From the NCBI GenBank assembly GCA_963766075.1, contig CAVYAN010000114.1, positions 1-32,122 of the forward strand: a stretch of DNA of 32,122 nt, in the 5' to 3' direction. A program made the translations under genes and the position numbers. Shown one piece after another: positions 18,599 through 32,122 of this stretch (within the stretch, counting starts at the first letter, position 1; each line of letters begins with the position of its first letter). The notes beneath the pieces are model-generated. The model ran no database searches. It saw nothing but the letters and a program-made list of their open reading frames with translations, and was not told the DNA's origin. Source of the stretch: an uncultured cyanobacterium (GTDB lineage Bacteria; Cyanobacteriota; Cyanobacteriia; Leptolyngbyales; Leptolyngbyaceae).

Positions 18599-19957
18599 TT
18601 AGCTTTGGCCAACCGTCTGCAAAATTTGCCCTACCACTTCCATTGATTCCACATACAGGATATCCCGCCCCCAGCGCTGCAACTGCTGACTCAGGAGCAC
18701 TTCTGCATTCTGATCCGCCAGGGACGTTGTAATCTGGAATACACGGCAATTTTGCGCGGCTCCTCCAGACTCCATGCGCATACAGCCCGCCACCTCAGAG
18801 CACACCATTGTGCAGCAATCGGCATCCGAGTTTGTTGAATTCAGCCGCAGCCCAATTAAGTCGCCAACGACATCCCCTGGATCAGCAACGGGCACACCGC
18901 CCAATTCCACTTCTACCATCCGCTGATCCGACGCCACAAAGTGTACGTAATGGATGTCATACATGTCCGTTACCCGTCGGTAGGACACAGGTTTCCACTG
19001 CAAGCGACTGGCTAGCCAACCCAAAAACATCAGTGCTTGGCTGGAATTGCCTTTTTCAAAGTCGATCGCCACTCGGTCTACTTCCTTTAATGCGGCTCGC
19101 CGCTGCGGTGGATCAAAGGCTTCGGCGGTCAACTCCTGCCAGGATGCTAACCGCGACCAGTTCAAGTCGGCAATCTGTAGGCCATCATTCAGCAGACTTT
19201 GTAAATTCGCTAGTTCTGTTTCCGGCTCCTGAAATCCACTTGAATCCACTACTACTGAATCACACAAGCTCCCGAGCTTGCGGAACAATTCATTCCCCGC
19301 ATCAGGCGCGGCCTTCCACCATAGAAACTTCGGCAATTCCCCAATTAGTAGCGAAGACACCAGCCCCGCTGACCGATGCAGGCCGGCCTCTGTGCCCTTC
19401 AAGGTAATGTACTCGCCACACACCAAGGTGCTTTGGCTGCGTTTTTGAATGGGGCAGGAGACTGAAACCTGGGAAACGACGCCGTCGTCGTCCCCCACTC
19501 CCGGCATCAGGGTGATAATTCGACAGGGATTTTGGCTGGCGATCGCATCTGCCATTGCCCCTACTGCCTTTTGTCCCACGACTTCCAGCGTACTCCCATG
19601 CCCGCTGGCTGCCTGCTGCTCCACCGCTTCCCGTGCCCGCGCCAGTAGCCCCGGACTCATTTTCCCGGTTCGCTCTAAACCGAAAGCTTTCTGGGCATCC
19701 TTAATAGCGGCCACCATTTGCGGTCCCAAAATACCGTCCAATGGTCCCCGATAGTAGCCCAGACTGGCCAATAGGTACTGCAACTCTTCCGGTTCGTAAA
19801 TAATTAGCGTAAACGTAGCCGCCCGCATGGCACCCGTGCCATCTTCGCTGGTGGCGCTATACATTTGCCAAATCTGCGCCAACTCCGACTCAATCTGGCT
19901 GAGGGGAACATCTTTCGGCGCTTGTAATGAAACTAACGGAGCAGATTGAGTAGCCAT
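18599..19957 (-). CDS. opcA: G6PDH assembly/activator protein OpcA, with internal peptidoglycan-binding-like domain
   Basis: Directly downstream of zwf; RAATF, NPCRII, CGEYITL, LPKFLWW, ADLNWSRLASWQELTAEAFDPP, GWLASRLQW. Confidence 0.95.
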   Translation of the reverse strand: MATQSAPLVSLQAPKDVPLSQIESELAQIWQMYSATSEDGTGAMRAATFTLIIYEPEELQYLLASLGYYRGPLDGILGPQMVAAIKDAQKAFGLERTGKMSPGLLARAREAVEQQAASGHGSTLEVVGQKAVGAMADAIASQNPCRIITLMPGVGDDDGVVSQVSVSCPIQKRSQSTLVCGEYITLKGTEAGLHRSAGLVSSLLIGELPKFLWWKAAPDAGNELFRKLGSLCDSVVVDSSGFQEPETELANLQSLLNDGLQIADLNWSRLASWQELTAEAFDPPQRRAALKEVDRVAIDFEKGNSSQALMFLGWLASRLQWKPVSYRRVTDMYDIHYVHFVASDQRMVEVELGGVPVADPGDVVGDLIGLRLNSTNSDADCCTMVCSEVAGCMRMESGGAAQNCRVFQITTSLADQNAEVLLSQQLQRWGRDILYVESMEVVGQILQTVGQS

Positions 19958-20087
19958 AATTTAGTGCTGAGTAAAAAGTGCGGAATAGTGAATTTAGCGC
20001 TGGATAGAAGATAATTCGGGGTAGAAAATGATTCTGAAGAGCAGGTAGCGCTGAGCCAGAAATCCTGGGAGTACGTGACCGGGCTGT

Positions 20088-21617
20088 CTACAGCCGCCGC
20101 CATCGCCGCCCATCGCGATTAATCATCAGCTCGGCTTCATTGGGTTCCCAAGTGCCTGCTTCGTACTGTGGCACCAGGGTTGGATCCGTTGAGCTTTCCC
20201 ACGCGGCCAGTGCCGGAGTCACGACTCGCCATGCCGCTTCCACTTCGTCGGAACGGGTGAATAAAGTTTGATCCCCAAACATACAGTCGAGCAATAGACG
20301 GTCATAGGCTTCGCCGCCGGTCACCCCAAAGGCCGACCCATAGCGAAAATCCATTTCTACTGGGCGCGATCGCAAGCTCGACCCCGGCATCTTCACCTCA
20401 AACCGCATCGAAATCCCCTCATCCGGCTGAATCCGCATTGTTAAAACATTCGGATTGGCCTGTTGCGCCGCTGACTGAAAAATTAAATAGGGCACTTCCC
20501 GAAACTGAATCGAAATTTCCGACACCTTCTTCGGCAGTCGCTTCCCTGTCCGCAGATAAAACGGCACCCCCTGCCAGCGCCAGTTATCAATCAGCAATTT
20601 CAGCGCCACATAGGTCGGTGTGGTTGAATTGGGATCCACACCGGGTTCCGTCCGATACCCCGGCACCGGTTTACCTTTCATCCATCCTTCCTTGTACTGT
20701 CCGCGAATCGCACAGAGATCCAAATTATGCTCATCGGCCAAGTGCATGGCTTGCAGCACCTTCACCTTCTCCGTCCGGATGCTATCGGCATCCAAAGAAT
20801 TCGGTGGTTCCATCGCCGTCAAGCATAACAACTGCATCAGGTGATTTTGCACCATATCCCGCAGGGCTCCTGAGGACTCGTAATAGCCCGCCCGGTCTTC
20901 CACGCCGACCGTTTCCCCGACCGTAATTTGCACATGGTCCACAAATTGCCGGTTCCACAGCGGCTCAAAAATGGCATTTGCAAACCGGAACACCAGTAAA
21001 TTCTGGACGGTTTCCTTGCCCAAATAGTGGTCAATCCGGTAGACCTGCTGTTCCTTACAGACATGATTCACAATATAGTTCAGCGCCTGTGCCGAACCTA
21101 AATCGCGTCCAAAGGGTTTCTCAATCACCAATCGCGTTTTCTCGGCATCCGCTAGCATCCCCGACGCACCCAACTGTTTAATCGCTTCCGGGAAAAATTT
21201 TGGCGCTACGGACAAGTAAAACACCCGGTTTCCCCGTGTACCGCGCTGCCCATCCAATTCCGTCAGCAGCGTATTCAGCTTTTGATAACTTTCCTGATTA
21301 TCAATATCTCCTGGACAATAAAACAAGCCTTCGGCAAAATCCTTCCACAGCTCTTCTGAGCCAATGCCGTCGGAGAACTCCTCGATGCCCTCGCGCATCT
21401 GTTCCCGAAAATGTTCATGACTCCATTCCCGTCGCGCCACGCCCACAATGGTGAATTGTGGTGGCAATCGTCGCTGGCGCTTCAGAAAATAGAGCGCCGG
21501 TACCAATTTACGCTTTACTAAATCACCCGATGCGCCATAAAACACGACAATATTCGGGTCCGGTGTGCGTTCCTGCTGCAGGCCAATCCGAAGGGGGTTT
21601 TCGAGAAGAGTAACCAT
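20088..21617 (-). CDS. zwf: Glucose-6-phosphate 1-dehydrogenase
   Basis: [47 protein letters not shown]. Confidence 0.98.
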   Translation of the reverse strand: MVTLLENPLRIGLQQERTPDPNIVVFYGASGDLVKRKLVPALYFLKRQRRLPPQFTIVGVARREWSHEHFREQMREGIEEFSDGIGSEELWKDFAEGLFYCPGDIDNQESYQKLNTLLTELDGQRGTRGNRVFYLSVAPKFFPEAIKQLGASGMLADAEKTRLVIEKPFGRDLGSAQALNYIVNHVCKEQQVYRIDHYLGKETVQNLLVFRFANAIFEPLWNRQFVDHVQITVGETVGVEDRAGYYESSGALRDMVQNHLMQLLCLTAMEPPNSLDADSIRTEKVKVLQAMHLADEHNLDLCAIRGQYKEGWMKGKPVPGYRTEPGVDPNSTTPTYVALKLLIDNWRWQGVPFYLRTGKRLPKKVSEISIQFREVPYLIFQSAAQQANPNVLTMRIQPDEGISMRFEVKMPGSSLRSRPVEMDFRYGSAFGVTGGEAYDRLLLDCMFGDQTLFTRSDEVEAAWRVVTPALAAWESSTDPTLVPQYEAGTWEPNEAELMINRDGRRWRRL

Positions 21618-21701
21618 AGAAAAACCGGGAGATAGTAGAAAGGAAAAAACGACCTAAAAGAAATACCAAAAGTAAGAATCAATGCCGTCAAAAAAGCGGT
21701 G

Positions 21702-21738
21702 AGATGACGGATAAAGGAAATGGCGTTATCCGTCATCT
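21702..21738 (-). terminator. 13-bp stem-loop between tal and zwf (terminator or RNA-stability element)
   Basis: AGATGACGGATAA (21702-21714) / TTATCCGTCATCT (21726-21738); a U6 tract follows 6 nt later on the minus strand. Confidence 0.65.
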
Positions 21739-21780
21739 GTGACTGGGTGAATTTAACCCAAATAGGATCTCATGTAGACC

Positions 21781-22920
21781 CTAAACCGTGGCTAATCGAT
21801 TCACCTTGTCTTCTAAGGACTGCATCAACGAGCCAAACGGCTGCACAAATTTTTCAATGCCATCTGCTAGTAGGTCATCCATGACGGCATCCAAGTCGAT
21901 CGCCACATCGGCATCCTTCAATCCGGCAATCACCGCATAAGCTTCAGCCACACCCGTTTCCACTCGTGAAGCCACGTCGCAGTGATCTTCACAGGCTTCA
22001 ATGGTACTTGGCGGTAGCGTGTTCACCGTATCTGGACCCACTAATTCATCGACATACATGACATCGCTATAGCTGGGGTTTTTGGTGCCGGTACTGGCCC
22101 ACAGCAAGCGTTGCACCCGCGCACCCTTAGCGGCCAAAGCTTTCCAGCGATCGCTCTCGATAATCTTTTTATACTCCTGATAAGCAATTTTGGCGTTGGC
22201 GATCGCCACCTTGCCCTTAATGGCCTCTAGTTTTTGGATCACTCCTGGATCGGTGGTCTCCTTCAGCTTGGCATCTAGCTTGGCATCAATATTGCTGTCA
22301 ATTCGGCTCAAGAAGAAACTCGCTACTGACGAAATATTGGCAATATCACCGCCATTCTCCAACCGCTTTTCTAGACCTCGAATGTAGGCCCAAGCTGTAT
22401 CGACATAGCTTTGCACCGAGAACAACAGCGTGACATTCACACTGATCCCTTCGCTAATCACCTGCTCCACCGCTGGCAAGCCTTCCGCCGTGCCCGGAAT
22501 TTTAATCATCAAATTCTCGCGATCGATTTCCCGGTAATACCGACGGGCTTCATCAATGGTTTGGTCTGTATCGCGGGCAATGGTGGGCGGCACTTCCAGG
22601 CTGATATAGCCATCCAATCCCTGCGTTTCATCGTAAACCGGGCGGAAAATATCACAGGCATTCCGAATGTCCGTAAAAGTTAGAAATTCATAAATTTCCA
22701 TCAAGGATTTGCCCGCTTTAATGCCTGCCTCAATGTCTGTGTCGTAGATTTTATTGCCGGCGATCGCCTTCTCAAAAATCGCCGGGTTCGAGGTGACTCC
22801 CCGCAGTGCCCGCGATGCAATCAACGCCTTCAGCTCACCCGACTCAATCAAATCCCGGCTCAGATTATCCATCCAGATGCTCTGACCCAATTGTTCAATC
22901 TCTACCAAAGGACTAGTCAT
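21781..22920 (-). CDS. tal: Transaldolase
   Basis: GQSIWMDNLSR, GVTSNPAIF, SLEVPP, NLMIKIPGT, NVTLLFS, ASFFLSRID, RLLWASTGTK. ATG 22920 with GGAGA RBS. Confidence 0.97.
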   Translation of the reverse strand: MTSPLVEIEQLGQSIWMDNLSRDLIESGELKALIASRALRGVTSNPAIFEKAIAGNKIYDTDIEAGIKAGKSLMEIYEFLTFTDIRNACDIFRPVYDETQGLDGYISLEVPPTIARDTDQTIDEARRYYREIDRENLMIKIPGTAEGLPAVEQVISEGISVNVTLLFSVQSYVDTAWAYIRGLEKRLENGGDIANISSVASFFLSRIDSNIDAKLDAKLKETTDPGVIQKLEAIKGKVAIANAKIAYQEYKKIIESDRWKALAAKGARVQRLLWASTGTKNPSYSDVMYVDELVGPDTVNTLPPSTIEACEDHCDVASRVETGVAEAYAVIAGLKDADVAIDLDAVMDDLLADGIEKFVQPFGSLMQSLEDKVNRLATV

Positions 22921-23009
22921 AATCTCTCCAATGTATTGCAAACACTTAATCCACTGCTGGACTTTGGCCACTTCATGGTAACCATCAATCCTGAATCTAA
23001 CCTGATTCC

Positions 23010-24071
23010 TTACTGAGTCGTAAGCATTCCCTTAGCTTCTAGGTAGCGATCTTGAATGAACGACTCCACTAGGGCTACATCATCCTTGCTGCCAATGATC
23101 AACGGTGTGCGTCCATGCAGCTTGTCCGGGATCACCTCTAAGATTTCTTCTCGACCCGTGCTGGCCCGTCCCCCCGCCTGTTCAATCAAAAACGCTAGCG
23201 GAGCGGACTCATACAGCAACCGCAGCTTACCCTGGGGCTGTTTCACCGTGCCTGGATACAAAAAAACTCCCCCTTGAAACAAAATCCGATGAATATCCCC
23301 TACGAGTGCTCCGCTATACCGTGCTGTATAGCCCTCATGCCGATGCACATAGCGAATATAGTCCCGCATGGGATCATCCCACTGCCAAAAATTGCCCTCG
23401 TTCGCACTGTAAATCGGACCATGGTCTGGAATCCGGACCCGCTCATTCGAGAGGATGAACTCGCCCAAACTCGGATCCAGCGTGAAGGCAAACACTCCCT
23501 TCCCTAGGGTATAGACCAACATCGTACTGGGTCCGTATAGGATATAACCTGCGGCAATTTGCTTGCGTCCATTTTGCAGGAGATCGCTAGCCGTCTGATC
23601 AATGTCGTCCCCTTCCTGTTGGCGAATAGCAAAAATTGATCCCACACTCAGATTAATGTCTACGTTCGACGATCCATCAATCGGGTCATATAGTAGCGTG
23701 TAGCGTCCTACCGGACAATTCTCTGGGATGTAAAAGGGCTGCTCCATCTCCTCTGAAGCTAGGCGACACACTAGGCCACTCTGCTGAAATACCGAAATGA
23801 ATACTTCATTGGCGAACACGTCCATCTTCTTGACAGATTCGCCCTGCACATTCATTCCCCCCGTAAATCCGAGCGCGTCTTCCATCAAGCCCGCTCGACT
23901 CAAGCGGCGCGCAATCAGCTTGCCTGCTAGCGCAATCCGGTTCATGATCGCGCTCAAATCCTGGGCCTCAGGGCCAAAACTCTGCAACTGCTGCAACACA
24001 TGCCGCGACAGCGTTGTACAATCGCGGTCCAGCGCGTACTCATGGGCAATCGACTCGTAGGCATCCATCAT
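23010..24071 (-). CDS. fbp: Class 1 fructose-1,6-bisphosphatase
   Basis: [55 protein letters not shown] before ATG 24071/24068. Confidence 0.97.
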   Translation of the reverse strand: MMDAYESIAHEYALDRDCTTLSRHVLQQLQSFGPEAQDLSAIMNRIALAGKLIARRLSRAGLMEDALGFTGGMNVQGESVKKMDVFANEVFISVFQQSGLVCRLASEEMEQPFYIPENCPVGRYTLLYDPIDGSSNVDINLSVGSIFAIRQQEGDDIDQTASDLLQNGRKQIAAGYILYGPSTMLVYTLGKGVFAFTLDPSLGEFILSNERVRIPDHGPIYSANEGNFWQWDDPMRDYIRYVHRHEGYTARYSGALVGDIHRILFQGGVFLYPGTVKQPQGKLRLLYESAPLAFLIEQAGGRASTGREEILEVIPDKLHGRTPLIIGSKDDVALVESFIQDRYLEAKGMLTTQ

Positions 24072-24316
24072 TTCCGTGACCTCCCTAACTGTAGCGATCG
24101 GGCTGAGACAACTCTTCAGGTGCCAATGCATTCCTAACTAACGTCCTTAGCTCTTATATTAGGAACGCATATTCGCAAATGGGGCTTAACTTTAGATGAA
24201 CTACAGAAACGGCTGGGCCATTTGGCTATTTTGGTAGCCTGCACTACCTGTGAATGCCTTGCTGCCAAATACTTCACACCTGCTCCTACAACAATTCCGT
24301 ACCTCTAATCCCATTC

Positions 24317-24952
24317 ATGCTCACCCCCGAAACGCTGCGCCTCCCCATCAAACCCGGCGACATCATCGCCTTCTCCGGCACCGATATTCCTTCTGATGTG
24401 GTTAAACTTGCCACCCACTCCCATTACGTCCATGTCGCTATCGTTTTTGCCGTCACTCGGAGCAAAAATCCCGACCAAACCATTCTGATTGCAGAGTCTC
24501 ATATTGATACCAGTCTTCCTAGCCTTGGGACCGGAAAACCTATCCTTGGTGTTCAGTTTCACTGGCTCAGCCAACGGTTCAACCTCCCAGGCCCCATTTG
24601 GTGGGCAGCCCTCAAACAGCCCCTGCACCCCAATCGCCTCATGAAAATGCAAACCTGGCTCAACAACCTAGAACAACAGCGCGTCCCCTACGACTTCCTC
24701 CAGGCCATCAAAGCGGGGATCGAAGCGATGATCCCCGAGGTTCCCATTGCCGCACTCGATCACCTCCCCGAGGATCATGCCTTTTTCTGTTCCGAACTCG
24801 TCACCCGCGCTCTGCAAATTGCCGGGGCGATCGCCCCCGATCTCAATCCTGCTGACCAAACCCCTGCCGAAGTCATGCAATTTCCCTGTCTTCAAGCCCC
24901 TATCCTGATCAAACCAAGCCACTCCCCTCGATCCCCAGATTCTCAGCCATAA
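24317..24952 (+). CDS. Permuted papain-like NlpC/P60 (YiiX/YebB, C92-like) hydrolase
   Basis: KPGDIIAF...SHYVHVAIV (His first)...PYD...FFCSELV (Cys last)...TP. Start set at ATG 24317. Confidence 0.8.
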   Translation: MLTPETLRLPIKPGDIIAFSGTDIPSDVVKLATHSHYVHVAIVFAVTRSKNPDQTILIAESHIDTSLPSLGTGKPILGVQFHWLSQRFNLPGPIWWAALKQPLHPNRLMKMQTWLNNLEQQRVPYDFLQAIKAGIEAMIPEVPIAALDHLPEDHAFFCSELVTRALQIAGAIAPDLNPADQTPAEVMQFPCLQAPILIKPSHSPRSPDSQP

Positions 24953-25000
24953 AAAAGCCCTCCATTTTGTGGCATTTGCATCACACAATCCTGGAGGACG
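24950..25000 (-). terminator. Probable terminator for the ssb-like gene
   Basis: CCTCCA...TGGAGG stem followed by T6 on the minus strand; between convergent genes. Confidence 0.55.
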
Positions 25001-25035
25001 AAATTAATTTTTTCTGAAAAAGTCAGATCGGAACC

Positions 25036-25437
25036 CTAAAAAGCGATCGCTTCTGTCTTCCCAATCTCCACCTTCCTACTTTCAGCCTTCGCCTCTTCAT
25101 CCTTCACAATATCCAAATCAATATCTAACACAGACATCTCAATCTGGCCTTTCGGTTTTCCGTCCTTCCTTGAGACATAAGCATCTACATCTACACTACC
25201 CGTACAAATAATCAGCGATCCCTTCTTCAGAAAACCTAGCCTGCGCCAAGCCGCCGAACTTTCCCAAATCGTCAATCGCACGGTAAACGACTCATCCCGC
25301 ATCCTGGGCTTCCGAACATAGAGCGTCGCTTCGGCTACCTGCGCTTTCCCACCACTTTTCAACTCAATCGTTTTCACCTCAGCATCCGCCGCCAAGTTAC
25401 CACTCACAATCCACTTGTTCAAACCAACACTAGACAT
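25036..25437 (-). CDS. Divergent single-stranded DNA-binding (OB-fold) protein
   Basis: LNKWIVSGNLAADAEVK...IW...FLKKGSLIICTG...Y..KDG, ending EAIAF. GGAGG RBS before ATG 25437. Confidence 0.8.
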   Translation of the reverse strand: MSSVGLNKWIVSGNLAADAEVKTIELKSGGKAQVAEATLYVRKPRMRDESFTVRLTIWESSAAWRRLGFLKKGSLIICTGSVDVDAYVSRKDGKPKGQIEMSVLDIDLDIVKDEEAKAESRKVEIGKTEAIAF

Positions 25438-25561
25438 AGATGCCTCCGAGCTAGGATTTCCTCCTCTAGAGTTCCCACGCCGAGGCCGACATGACCCGAT
25501 CACGGCCACAATTATCTAGAGCAACGCCACATTCAATCTCTACTGCCCACGGGGCAGGACC

Positions 25562-26449
25562 TCAAGCAGATCCTATCGCTTGATTTTTCAACAACGGAAA
25601 TCCTAGGCTCTCCCGCTGCTTCAAATACAACTGCGCCACTTGCCGTGCTAAATTCCGAATTCTGCCGATATATCGGGTCCGCTCTGTCACCGAAATCACT
25701 CCGCGTGCATCCAGCAAGTTAAACGTATGCGAACATTTCAACACATGGTCAAACGCAGGCAAGACCAATTCCTGCTGCATCAATCGCTCCGCCTCCTGTT
25801 CAAACAGTCTAAATAGCGTGAACAAGAGATCCGGATCTGACCCCTCAAAGTTGTACCGAGAACACTCAATCTCACCCTGAAGATGGACATCCCCATAGGT
25901 CAGCTGATCGTTCCACCGAATGTTGAAAATCGAATCTACCCCTTGGAGATACATTGTCAGCCGCTCTAGCCCATAGGTAATCTCAATCGACACTGGACGG
26001 CAATCAATTCCTCCACACTGCTGGAAATACGTGAACTGTGTCACTTCCATGCCATCCAACCACACCTCCCACCCTACCCCCCAGGCTCCTACCGCTGCAT
26101 CTTCCCAGTTATCTTCTACAAACCGCACATCGTGGTCTTCCGGTTGGATTCCCAGTGCCCGCAGTGAATCCAAGTAAACCTCTTGGATATTATCTGGAGA
26201 CGGCTTAATTAGAACCTGATACTGATAGTAGTGCTGTACTCGATTAGGATTCTCTCCATAACGGCCATCTCCAGGGCGACGACATGGTTCTACATAGGCT
26301 ACCGACCAAGGCTCTGGACCAATGGCTCTCAAAAATGTATGGGGACTTTTAGTTCCTGCCCCTTTCTCTGTGTCGTAGGGCTGGACGATTAGACATCCGC
26401 GATCGCTCCAAAATTGATGCAACGCCGCAATCACCGACTGAAAATTCAC
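25562..26449 (-). CDS. glyQ: Glycine--tRNA ligase alpha subunit
   Basis: [62 protein letters not shown]. Confidence 0.98.
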   Translation of the reverse strand: MNFQSVIAALHQFWSDRGCLIVQPYDTEKGAGTKSPHTFLRAIGPEPWSVAYVEPCRRPGDGRYGENPNRVQHYYQYQVLIKPSPDNIQEVYLDSLRALGIQPEDHDVRFVEDNWEDAAVGAWGVGWEVWLDGMEVTQFTYFQQCGGIDCRPVSIEITYGLERLTMYLQGVDSIFNIRWNDQLTYGDVHLQGEIECSRYNFEGSDPDLLFTLFRLFEQEAERLMQQELVLPAFDHVLKCSHTFNLLDARGVISVTERTRYIGRIRNLARQVAQLYLKQRESLGFPLLKNQAIGSA

Positions 26450-26598
26450 AAAACTATCCCCTTAATGCTGGCTTATTTCGCTAATTGTCGCGCAAATCTA
26501 TCCAGCCAACGCACGATCACGCAACATTGAGCTAACTGCTAGACTGGTCTAATGTCCACACACAGTAGAAATAGGTCCAAAAGCAATAGGTCCAAACA

Positions 26599-26640
26599 AG
26601 TCCACGGCATCCAAGGGCTAAAACTTGGATGCCGTGGACT
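26599..26640. repeat. Perfect 17-bp inverted repeat
   Basis: AGTCCACGGCATCCAAG-GGCTAAAA-CTTGGATGCCGTGGACT, preceded by the direct repeat AATAGGTCCAAA (26570 and 26585). Confidence 0.9.
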
Positions 26641-26752
26641 GCATATTCGAGCTTCTGTTGCAGAATAGCAGTTCGTCAAGAGGGTGAAGGGGTTCACCGG
26701 GGGATTTCCCCTATATTTCGCTTATATTTTGGGAATTGTTGCGAGAAAGTAG

Positions 26753-26781
26753 TTGACAGGGATTAAGGCGTGGGTTAAGCT
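26753..26781 (+). promoter_or_regulatory. rrn operon sigma-70 promoter
   Basis: TTGACA (26753-26758), 17-bp spacer, TAAGCT (26776-26781); boxA-like GAACCAAGAAAA at 26836-26847 downstream. Confidence 0.8.
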
Positions 26782-27077
26782 AGTAAAGCGGGTGAGGGAG
26801 GGCGAGCGAAAGCGGACCGCCTTACATCGGCGACTGAACCAAGAAAACGAAATAGTTTAGAAGTCATAATAGCACTAAATACCCGGTCAATTAAATTAAA
26901 GACCACGTGATTTAGGGAAAGAGCTTAATGGATGCTTAGGTATCTGGGTTAAGTTTGAGTAGATGAATTAGAGTGGCGAACAACCGGAAATAGATATTTT
27001 CTGGAGCTAGAGCTCAAGGTTGATGTTTAGTTATTTAGGATTGAGCTGTTGAAGGTTTAATTTCGAGATAACGAGAT

Positions 27078-28571
<1,494 letters not shown>

Positions 28572-28713
28572 AAGGGAGACCTACCCACCGAACATTGAAA
28601 GTATTAACAGAGGGAACGACGTTAATGCGAATAGATGAACGGATTGGTCATCTCAAAGGTCGTTCTGGGTGTTTAGTGGACTTCTAGACTATTTGATTGG
28701 TTCGGAAGGGCAT

Positions 28714-28790
<77 letters not shown>

Positions 28791-28801
28791 TTCTTATACT
28801 G

Positions 28802-28874
28802 GGGGGTTTAGCTCAGTTGGTAGAGCGCCTGCTTTGCAAGCAGGATGTCAGCGGTTCGAGTCCGCTAACCTCCA
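28802..28874 (+). tRNA. trnA: tRNA-Ala(TGC), CCA not encoded
   Basis: GGGGGTTTAGCTCAGTTGG...TTTGCAA...GGTTCGAGTCCGCTAACCTCCA. Confidence 0.98.
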
Positions 28875-28916
28875 CTGCCCAAGAAGAAAGGGAAGACATT
28901 TTAGTGTCTAATATTT

Positions 28917-29028
28917 CAGCACCTAATCTAGTGAACTAAGGTTTAGTTAAGTCAACGATAGTTACTTGAACTAATAACTAATAGAGGCTAGAGAGACTGC
29001 TGGATTAGTCCAGTGAGAACCTTGAAAA
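28917..29028 (+). promoter_or_regulatory. ITS antitermination boxB helix and boxA
   Basis: CAGCA (28917)...TGCTG (29002) basal helix, then consensus boxA GAACCTTGAAAA at 29017-29028. Confidence 0.8.
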
Positions 29029-29171
29029 CTGCATAATAACTTGTCAGGTAGAAGAAGCGGTCTATAACTTGAGGCATGAGATTGTTTCTAGAGATAGGAA
29101 TGATGGAGTGTGATTGGGTGATAGGTCGTGAAAACACAGACACCAAATATTTTAAGCCGATAGAAATTAGT

Positions 29172-32060
<2,889 letters not shown>

Positions 32061-32122
32061 CTTTCAATCGGTAAATATCAGGTGTCTTGAAAATATTGAC
32101 AAGTTGTTATGCAGCCTTCAGG

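Noticed and set aside
18599..24071. fbp-tal-zwf-opcA as a novel cluster
   Set aside because: This is a known operon arrangement in filamentous cyanobacteria such as Nostoc.
25562..26449. glyQ without adjacent glyS as an anomaly
   Set aside because: glyQ and glyS are commonly unlinked in cyanobacteria.
32061..32122. Missing 5S rRNA
   Set aside because: The window ends 62 bp after the 23S, so absence cannot be inferred.

Overview
Cyanobacterial chromosomal segment. HIP1 octamers (GCGATCGC) are abundant, and the genes and rrn operon are cyanobacterial-type; the 16S looks Leptolyngbyaceae-like, but this is tentative. Order from left to right: (1) a frameshift-ridden, truncated gene for a membrane-anchored NACHT/STAND-like P-loop NTPase; (2) a complete 1190-bp ISAs1-family IS inserted symmetrically into a perfect palindrome with a 20-bp target duplication; (3) an SPFH+GYF_2 / double zinc-ribbon membrane protein gene pair and a REP-like repeat cluster; (4) hypothetical genes, a class II RRM protein, trpE, a stand-alone VKOR-type thioredoxin domain plus a ccdA paralogue, a DegT aminotransferase, por, an atypical RpoD-family sigma factor, an NblB-like HEAT protein and arfB; (5) the fbp-tal-zwf-opcA operon, a permuted NlpC/P60 enzyme, a divergent SSB and glyQ; (6) an rrn operon (16S, tRNA-Ile, tRNA-Ala, 23S; no 5S within the window). 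Most of the window is core genome. The most unusual directly visible signal is the palindrome-centred ISAs1 insertion with its long target duplication. Recurrent perfect short tandem duplications in intergenic DNA are a second pattern. All family assignments come from recognised motifs, not from database searches.
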